DNA of 32,000 nucleotides from Candidatus Altimarinota bacterium. GTDB taxonomy: Bacteria; Patescibacteriota; Gracilibacteria; UBA1369. The DNA lies in contig JBAZYK010000012.1 of the NCBI GenBank assembly GCA_041659405.1, positions 1 through 32,000 on the forward strand, read 5' to 3'. Numbering within the stretch: the first letter of the stretch is position 1; each line of letters starts with the position of its first letter. A program made the translations under genes and the position numbers. This document shows, in pieces, positions 26,110 through 32,000 of this stretch. The notes beneath the pieces are model-generated. The model was not told where the DNA came from and made no database searches. It was given only the letters and a program-made list of their open reading frames with translations.

Positions 26110-27507
26110 ATGGCTAACGGGTTGGAACAACATGGAACATGCGAGGAGTTAATGGAAAGTCCGCAAATAGTGGAGATTCAACGTTTAGATGAGTTAATGA
26201 AAACTCCGCAAATAGAGGAGATTCAACGTTTAGTGGCTAGAAATATAGTCTTGGCGAAGATTCTTGGCGAACAACGTACGACTCAGTCTTTTTCTACCGC
26301 CGATGAGTTGGCGAATGCATTTAAGGGAAAATTGCTGACGGCCGGAAAAACCGGTTTGGAGGCCATGGAAAAGGCAAAAATTAAATATAAAGATTTGATT
26401 GAAACAGCGGGCATTACCGATGAGGATTTGAGAAAAGTGTTTGAGATGGTTTGGGTTTACAGTCGTTTGGCCAATCCCACTGGTGAGCTTTTAGAGGAAG
26501 CAATTTCAGGAATTGAAGGAGCGGAAAAGACGGCTATTTTTGCGTCCGGACTTGGGGCTATTAATGCCGCAGTGAGGCAATTTGTGCCACCTGCCAAGGC
26601 TGACGGGGAAAAGTATGTTAAGGGCGGAAAAATTGTGGTAATTGGCAGTATTTATGGTGGAACTTACGCTCAGCTGATGAACATATGCAAAGAGACCGGC
26701 CGACAGCTTGAGTTTTTGTCGATTTCTGATTTTAAAGCGCAGGGTCTTAGTGATCATACTTCCATGGTTTTTTGCGAAACCAGCAACAATCCAACATTGA
26801 ATGTTGTTCCATTAAAACGTGTTGCGGAAGAGGCAAGACGGGTTGGGGCGGTTTCCGCTTGCGATAATACTTTTACTCCAATAACCGTGCGTCCCGTGGA
26901 AAACGGCATTGATCTTACGATTACTTCAATGACCAAATATTTTAACGGAAGAAGTGAGAGTTTGGGTGGTTGCGTTTCGGGAAACGCTGAATTAATTGGG
27001 GAATTTTCGGATCTTCAGGAAGGGCAGCGCATGCTGGGTGGCGCTATTATGGATCCGCGTGTGGCAAAAAAGTTCTTAGAGCATTTGGCAAATCTTCCGG
27101 AAAGACTTTTTAAAGCGACTCAAAATGCCAGGGGTGTTAGGGAGGTTGCTATTCGCTCCGGGTTTCGGGCAAAAACTGTTGAAGATTTTCCGGAATATTC
27201 TAGAATTAGAAATCCCGCGATTCCTGCAAGTGTGAGCAATGGCATGGTGTCTTTGTTTATGGATGATGCACAACAGGCAAGCGCTCTGGTCGACATGCTG
27301 ATTAAGGAAGGCATTGGTCATGGCGCGGTTAGCCTTGGGGCAGAGGGGACATATTATTGCATTCCGGGGCGGACAACACACTCGGAAATGCCGGAGGAAG
27401 AAATGGCGCGCGCCGGCATAACTCCCGGATTGGTGCGAATTTCCTGTGGGATTGAACCGGATCTTATTCAAAGGTTTGAAAAAGTTCTGACCGATTTTGC
27501 TAAATAA
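26110..27507 (+). CDS. PLP-dependent transsulfuration-family enzyme (methionine gamma-lyase/cystathionine gamma-synthase type) with an atypical N-terminal extension
   Basis: EGAEKTAIFASGLGAINAAV, TPITVRPVENGIDLTITSMTKYFNGRSESLGG (PLP lysine) and GLVRISCGIEPDLIQRFEKVL. Confidence 0.92.
   Translation: MANGLEQHGTCEELMESPQIVEIQRLDELMKTPQIEEIQRLVARNIVLAKILGEQRTTQSFSTADELANAFKGKLLTAGKTGLEAMEKAKIKYKDLIETAGITDEDLRKVFEMVWVYSRLANPTGELLEEAISGIEGAEKTAIFASGLGAINAAVRQFVPPAKADGEKYVKGGKIVVIGSIYGGTYAQLMNICKETGRQLEFLSISDFKAQGLSDHTSMVFCETSNNPTLNVVPLKRVAEEARRVGAVSACDNTFTPITVRPVENGIDLTITSMTKYFNGRSESLGGCVSGNAELIGEFSDLQEGQRMLGGAIMDPRVAKKFLEHLANLPERLFKATQNARGVREVAIRSGFRAKTVEDFPEYSRIRNPAIPASVSNGMVSLFMDDAQQASALVDMLIKEGIGHGAVSLGAEGTYYCIPGRTTHSEMPEEEMARAGITPGLVRISCGIEPDLIQRFEKVLTDFAK
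26146..26235 (+). repeat. Two tandem 45-nt (15-codon) repeats in the N-terminus of the PLP enzyme gene
   Basis: ELMESPQIVEIQRLD / ELMKTPQIEEIQRLV. At DNA level GAGTTAATG…CCGCAAATAG…GAGATTCAACGTTTA is repeated. Confidence 0.9.
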
Positions 27508-27515
27508 AGTTCCAT

Positions 27516-27562
27516 CACGCACGAAGTGCCTATTTCTATTGCGAGCGGAGCGAGTTCCATTT
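27516..27562. repeat. Copy 2 of the 47-nt intergenic repeat
   Basis: CACGCACGAAGTGCCTATTTCTATTGCGAGCGGAGCGAGTTCCATTT; 42/47 identical to 18236-18282, same orientation. Confidence 0.8.
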
Positions 27563-27607
27563 TTAGTTGGGGTATGCTTAAAGCAGCTTTTAATCAGGCT
27601 CAAAATT

Positions 27608-27616
27608 TGCTATAAT
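27608..27616 (+). promoter_or_regulatory. Extended -10 element TGCTATAAT
   Basis: TGnTATAAT upstream of the ATG at 27653. Same 9-mer as at 3693-3701. Confidence 0.4.
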
Positions 27617-27652
27617 AATAAGAATCAAAAATCAGCTTATGAGCTCAAAGCC

Positions 27653-28225
27653 ATGGAAATAAAAAAAGCAAATCCGGAATATGAAATAACAAACCTTGAA
27701 AAAAAGGTGCTGGTCAATTTGTGGCTTGATGACTACGATAACATTTTTTCGGATTTTGATCCGCGCCCTTATTCTTTGCGGGAATTATCAGACGATTTTC
27801 TAAATGAAACAAAAAAAATAATCAACGAAATAACAAATGAAAATCTGGAGATAGTTTTTCTGATTCCTCAAAGCCTAAAAAACAAAACCACAGAACATAT
27901 AATCGCCACCAGGTTACACTCATACTTTAAAAAGAAAGCACACCATCAGGAGGCCGAGCAAAAAAAAGACAGAAGAAATGGCATAATACTAAGTTTAATT
28001 GGAGGAGTGCTAATGATCGGAGCGACATTTTCAGCCCAGATGGAAAACAATCAATTATTTTACAATTTTCTTCGCATTTTATTGGAACCGGCAGGTTGGT
28101 TTATGACATGGTACGGCCTTGATCACATTTTCTACATCGCAAAAGAAAAGAATCATGAGTTAAGATTCAATAAAAAAATGGCAAAAGCCGAAATCGTTTT
28201 TGACGCTTATAGCAATCGCGAATAA
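27653..28225 (+). CDS. Membrane protein, hypothetical
   Basis: MEIKKANPEYEITNLEKKVLVNLWLDDYDN…NGIILSLIGGVLMIGATFSAQ. ATG at 27653 preferred, since the upstream part of the ORF overlaps the intergenic repeat. Confidence 0.6.
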   Translation: MEIKKANPEYEITNLEKKVLVNLWLDDYDNIFSDFDPRPYSLRELSDDFLNETKKIINEITNENLEIVFLIPQSLKNKTTEHIIATRLHSYFKKKAHHQEAEQKKDRRNGIILSLIGGVLMIGATFSAQMENNQLFYNFLRILLEPAGWFMTWYGLDHIFYIAKEKNHELRFNKKMAKAEIVFDAYSNRE

Positions 28226-28279
28226 AAAATCATAGTTCAGACTATCGCAAGCTGGGGCTTTAGAACAGGTTATGCCGCA

Positions 28280-28654
28280 TTACTCGGTGTCCCCAATTTC
28301 AGTATATCCTCTTGCACCCCTTCTTGCGCCTCCATTTCCGCCACGGCCTATTTTTTTCTTAATATCAGCTCGCACACCTTCAACAACTTGAACCTCCTCA
28401 GGTACCTCGGGAGTACTGCCAGGGGTATGCTTCATAAGCATGGACTTTATTGGCTCAAAATCTCCACTTTTTAAAAGTTCCACCATCTTTTTCAACTCCG
28501 GCATTGTAAGTGGAGTAAATCTAAAGCTGGTTAAGGTCATATTAAGCGTGACTACATTTAAACTGCGGACATTCCTCCCTGATAAGACTGCAATAATTTC
28601 GTCAACTAATTTTTCATCAGATTCCTGTTCAGGAGCCCCAGAAACATTCTCCAT
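28280..28654 (-). CDS. Hypothetical protein with Gly/Arg-rich C-terminus
   Basis: 124-aa ORF ending KKKIGRGGNGGARRGARGYTEIGDTE. Confidence 0.5.
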   Translation of the reverse strand: MENVSGAPEQESDEKLVDEIIAVLSGRNVRSLNVVTLNMTLTSFRFTPLTMPELKKMVELLKSGDFEPIKSMLMKHTPGSTPEVPEEVQVVEGVRADIKKKIGRGGNGGARRGARGYTEIGDTE

Positions 28655-28797
28655 ATTAATTTAGATAAGGGACAATAATTGGTAAGACACTCGGTAAATT
28701 ATAAAACATTAAACGATATTTTACCAGTCGATATTCAAGGCGCGATTCAATAAATGCTGAGGATAAAGATGCTTTGAGTGCCTTTAACTAAAAGAAG

Positions 28798-29346
28798 CTA
28801 TTTTTGCCCTCCTAATAAAGCTGAGATTTGCTGTCTTAAAACATCACTTTTCCCTGCGCGTTCTTTTGCTGCTCTTAATTGATTTATTCTTTGATCTAAA
28901 TATTTTTTTAAGACAGTTACCGCATTTTGATCTTTAAGAACAAATTTAAAAAATGCAGCTTCGACCTCATCGCTCGCTCTGGGAAACTTTCGATCTTCAA
29001 AAAAGTGCAATAAGTCTTCTGATGACAATTCAGTTAAGGTATATAAAACCCCATCAACTTCTTCTGAATTTTCATGAGATCTTAACCACTGTTGGCCTTC
29101 TTCGGTTTGGAAAAAATTAGCTAATAAATACATTCGCAAATACCTGTCTTGCATATCAATTAATGCCTCTACTCCATCAGTAATAGCAGATCTATTTGGT
29201 TCTGCAGAAGCATCAAAATTTCCCAAAATTTCGTCTTGCTTAGGATCAGCATCCCATAAGGACAATCGAAATTTATCGGGGGAATTTGGATCTTCTAAGA
29301 CTATTGGTCTTTGTCTTCTTCTAATTTCATCAATATCTATTGGCAT
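28798..29346 (-). CDS. Hypothetical helical cytoplasmic protein
   Basis: 182-aa ORF with no recognised domain. Its upstream region shares an element with the glycosyltransferase gene. Confidence 0.55.
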   Translation of the reverse strand: MPIDIDEIRRRQRPIVLEDPNSPDKFRLSLWDADPKQDEILGNFDASAEPNRSAITDGVEALIDMQDRYLRMYLLANFFQTEEGQQWLRSHENSEEVDGVLYTLTELSSEDLLHFFEDRKFPRASDEVEAAFFKFVLKDQNAVTVLKKYLDQRINQLRAAKERAGKSDVLRQQISALLGGQK

Positions 29347-29377
29347 AAAATTAAATAAAAATTACAGGTGTTAAGTA

Positions 29378-29431
29378 AAACATAAATGCGCCATAAAGTC
29401 AAGAAACTCCTGGTGGCGCGACGTTCAAACT
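29378..29431 (-). promoter_or_regulatory. Promoter region with shared upstream element, copy A
   Basis: Minus strand: AGTTTGAACGTCGCGCCACCAGGAGTTTC then TTGACT, 17-nt spacer and a TTTACT-like -10. The 25-nt core is 29407-29431. Confidence 0.5.
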
Positions 29432-29442
29432 AGTCTTAGCAA

Positions 29443-30813
29443 TTAAGATGGAGAACACCCATAGTATGAATATAAATATCTTAATGCGCGTTGCGATTTA
29501 GCCAAATCGATTTGAATATTTTGAATATCCTCAATATTTCCTTCTCTATTGCTAACAAAAATCCAATTTCTTAGAGGATTTGATGTGTTTTTTTGATTAT
29601 GCAATACAATGCCCATGCAATCTAATATCTTTAGAACTAAAGCAGTAGTACTCGCGTGCCATTGCTTTTTACATAGTAAGCTCATTCTCAGTAACTGTTC
29701 AACTCTCTGTTTTATTTTTAACTGTGCATCGAGGTCGCCTTTGGCAGCAGCTTTAATATCATCTACCTGAAGGAGGTGTGGGTTATTTTGATATTTTCTA
29801 ATCAGATCTTGTTCATTTAAATCCGAACCTAAACTTAATGTAAAATCGTCTTCTGTTAAAAATACCTTAGTACCTTCAAGAACAGAATTTAACAATCTTC
29901 GTGCTGAACTTTGTACATTTTTAAGTGTTAAGTCGTCAACATATTGCTCAGTTGAACGACATCGCATCGCAATAAAACGATGATAAATATCTCCATCTTC
30001 ACCATAATGAACAGAACAATCATATCCTCCGCTGGCTAAGTATGCTGATGCGCGAAAAGCAGTATTGGCTCCTGTGATGTTTACAGAAGAATAACTTTTA
30101 ATTTTTTTTTGATTAAATAAATCCATAAGTTCAATTATCATTTCTCGAATCCACAATTCGGGGGCTTGTCGTGATGCAGATTCAACATCACTTGGACTAG
30201 AATAAAAAACTGACCTGCCGGCAGCATATTCAAGCATGGACCGGTCTAAAAATCGTCTGATGGTTGTTTCAACATAATCACTTTTTAATTTCACGCAGTC
30301 GCTATCGTTACTAATCACAATTGGATCAGATTGATTTCTTTGTTTGGCACAAGTACAAGCAATTTCAGTAAGCAAACTCCTTACATTCCCCAACGCAACA
30401 TTATCGGAAAAATGCTCTCGAAACGAATGAACTTTCAATTTAGGGAATTGGCTTTTTATTTCGGCTATTTCAGCTTCAAGAACTTGGGCGCGGGAAGAAA
30501 AATCTAATTCATCTATTTCTGGTCCGGCATTAATACAAATCAAAATTTCAAAATCAAAGCATGTCTGTTTACAATATTGTTCCAGAGTTCTTTTTAAGTT
30601 CTGCTCTTTGGCATGACATGGAATTGCTACAAATGTTCGACTACCTTCAGCAATAGGTAAACGGTTGCTAATCTCCATTATTTTTGAACATCTTGCCGAG
30701 TCGGTAGAAGCTAATTTAGCAAAGAAAAGCTCATATTCATGTTCAAAATCGAGTTTTACGCTAGGATTTGCCAAAACAGTTTCACTTAAACCTTCATAAT
30801 AAGGCTGAGACAT
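29443..30813 (-). CDS. Family 2 (GT-A fold) glycosyltransferase
   Basis: FVAIPCHAKEQNLKRTLEQYCKQTCFDFEILICINAG, DPIVISNDSDCVKL (DxD) and YGEDGDIYHRF (ED motif). Confidence 0.8.
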   Translation of the reverse strand: MSQPYYEGLSETVLANPSVKLDFEHEYELFFAKLASTDSARCSKIMEISNRLPIAEGSRTFVAIPCHAKEQNLKRTLEQYCKQTCFDFEILICINAGPEIDELDFSSRAQVLEAEIAEIKSQFPKLKVHSFREHFSDNVALGNVRSLLTEIACTCAKQRNQSDPIVISNDSDCVKLKSDYVETTIRRFLDRSMLEYAAGRSVFYSSPSDVESASRQAPELWIREMIIELMDLFNQKKIKSYSSVNITGANTAFRASAYLASGGYDCSVHYGEDGDIYHRFIAMRCRSTEQYVDDLTLKNVQSSARRLLNSVLEGTKVFLTEDDFTLSLGSDLNEQDLIRKYQNNPHLLQVDDIKAAAKGDLDAQLKIKQRVEQLLRMSLLCKKQWHASTTALVLKILDCMGIVLHNQKNTSNPLRNWIFVSNREGNIEDIQNIQIDLAKSQRALRYLYSYYGCSPS

Positions 30814-30839
30814 ATAGCTTGAAACAAATTTAAGATGCT

Positions 30840-30898
30840 AAAATAGCACATTTTATCTAATGTGTCAATGGAGCTCCACATGGCGCAATGTTCAAACT
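30840..30898 (-). promoter_or_regulatory. Promoter region with shared upstream element, copy B
   Basis: Minus strand: AGTTTGAACATTGCGCCATGTGGAGCTCCA then TTGACA (30868-30863), 17-nt spacer, TATTTT (30845-30840). The 25-nt core is 30874-30898. Confidence 0.6.
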
Positions 30899-30975
30899 TC
30901 AACTAATTTATAAAAAAATTAGAATATTTTAATCTGCATACACTAAAATGAGCTGGAATATAAATTGATACAACC

Positions 30976-31512
30976 ATGAAAATTATTATTCCAAATGAAA
31001 TAATTGAAACCAAAATATTCTTTGTCAGGGGAAGGAAAGTCATTATGGACAAAGACTTAGCCATACTTTATGAGGTGCCTACAAAGCAACTTAATCAGGC
31101 TGTAAAAAGAAATATAAGCCGATTTCCTGAGGATTTTATGTTCCAACTCAATGAAAGTGAAGCGGGGGTTTTGGAATCTGGAATTGATTTAGTACAGGCA
31201 AACAACTTGAGGTCACAATTTGTGACCTCAAGTTACGGTGGAAGACGCTATCGTCCCTATGTTTTTACGGAACAAGGTATCGCTATGCTATCAAGTGTAT
31301 TAAAAAGCGAACGTGCTATTCAGGTCAACATCCAGATCATGAGAACTTTTATCAAATTGAGAGAAATGTTGTCGAGTAATAAGGCATTGAGGGATAGGAT
31401 TGAAAAAATAGAGAAAAAATACGACAATCGTTTCAAGATTGTCTTTAAAATGATTAAACAACTAATAGACGAAGAAAAATCGCAACAAGGGATTGGCTTT
31501 CGCCTTCAATAA
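30976..31512 (+). CDS. ORF6N domain-containing protein
   Basis: FFVRGRKVIMDKDLAILYEVPTKQLNQAVKRNISRFPEDFMFQL…RPYVFTEQGIAMLSSVLKSERAIQVNIQIMRTFIKLREML. Confidence 0.9.
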   Translation: MKIIIPNEIIETKIFFVRGRKVIMDKDLAILYEVPTKQLNQAVKRNISRFPEDFMFQLNESEAGVLESGIDLVQANNLRSQFVTSSYGGRRYRPYVFTEQGIAMLSSVLKSERAIQVNIQIMRTFIKLREMLSSNKALRDRIEKIEKKYDNRFKIVFKMIKQLIDEEKSQQGIGFRLQ

Positions 31513-31676
31513 AAAGGGCGCTTTACTTAAAACACAAAATTTATATTTTTGGAGCTCCTTGCGGGCTGCTGTGCGAGAATCGGGCTGACATCCATTTCAT
31601 CCTTGGGAATCGTCAAAGTTTTACATCCCAAATAATAAAATAGCCGCACTCTGACCGCACTTTGATTGGGATAAGG

Positions 31677-31704
31677 TTGACAAAATTGTAAAACAAGCTA
31701 GAGT
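31677..31704 (+). promoter_or_regulatory. Candidate promoter for the terminal partial CDS
   Basis: TTGACA (31677-31682), 16-nt spacer, TAGAGT (31699-31704). Confidence 0.4.
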
Positions 31705-31753
31705 GTCTAGCCGCTCGACGCATGTTTTATTAAGTCTATAATCAAAAATTATA

Positions 31754-32000
31754 ATGGAGGAAACAGCAGATTTAGGTAATTCCGAATTTAGAACTAAAGT
31801 TCTTCCCCAAATTTGTGGATATTTAGATATAAATATCGATGATATAGCCCAGATAAGTCCCAGAGATCTAGTTGATAAAATTCGCGATAATCTACGAAAT
31901 AAAAGAGTAAATGGGAAAGCCATTCCCAAAAAAGAGAGACTATTAGATTGGATTTTAGGACATGACATTCCAAATCCATTTAGTTTAAGACAATTTGTGG
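31754..32000 (+). CDS. Hypothetical protein, 3' truncated by the window
   Basis: Translated by hand: MEETADLGNSEFRTKVLPQICGYLDINIDDIAQISPRDLVDKIRDNLRNKRVNGKAIPKKERLLDWILGHDIPNPFSLRQFV… open to the window end. Missing from the ORF track, whose antisense ORFs here look spurious. Confidence 0.6.
   Translation, partial: MEETADLGNSEFRTKVLPQICGYLDINIDDIAQISPRDLVDKIRDNLRNKRVNGKAIPKKERLLDWILGHDIPNPFSLRQFV

Noticed and set aside
29407-30898. Mobile cassette flanked by direct repeats carrying the glycosyltransferase
   Set aside because: No transposase, recombinase or terminal inverted repeats. Equal 61-nt spacing to the two start codons and adjacent -35 boxes favour a regulatory explanation.
31550-31558. 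TGGAGCTCC shared with 30870-30878
   Set aside because: A 9-mer containing a palindromic core. No surrounding similarity, so chance is adequate.
1-32000. CRISPR array, tRNA/rRNA genes, restriction-modification genes, diversity-generating retroelement
   Set aside because: No regularly spaced repeats, tRNA-like cloverleaf, RNA operon, methyltransferase, nuclease-helicase or reverse transcriptase motifs were seen by manual reading; small RNAs could still be missed.
1-32000. Recoded UGA (glycine) genetic code as in Gracilibacteria/Absconditabacteria
   Set aside because: UGA appears as a sensible stop, for example the mntA stop in the ATGA overlap with hepT, and conserved proteins show no in-frame UGA.

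Overview
This is a mostly coding window of roughly 40% G+C. It looks like a chromosome segment from a poorly characterised, possibly candidate-phylum, bacterium (lineage is inference). Recognisable genes are a PilX-like pilus protein, CHASE2/class III adenylate cyclase, leuS, a DUF3307-like protein, a stand-alone cyclic-nucleotide-binding protein, rpsO-pnp, an SLH-domain protein, a MntA/HepT-type pair, lgt-pdxS-pdxT, a divergent PlsC-like acyltransferase, a GIY-YIG protein, a PLP transsulfuration enzyme, a family-2 glycosyltransferase and an ORF6N protein. Most of the rest are orphan secreted, lipoprotein or membrane proteins. The best leads are: (1) a shared sequence element just upstream of TTGAC-type -35 boxes of two minus-strand genes, at the same 61-nt distance from both start codons, with a weaker third copy; (2) a near absence of Shine-Dalgarno motifs in the window, except at one gene; (3) that exceptional gene is a ~60% G+C lipoprotein/CHAP-like island in AT-rich surroundings; (4) a surface protein with a myxobacterial-style DAG/GGAGG linker and a MYXO-CTERM-like tail; (5) a 47-nt intergenic repeat present twice at 42/47 identity; (6) possible cAMP signalling parts; (7) polar low-complexity insertions in housekeeping enzymes. 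No complete new defence or mobile system is demonstrated. No tRNA, rRNA, CRISPR array or transposase was recognised by eye.
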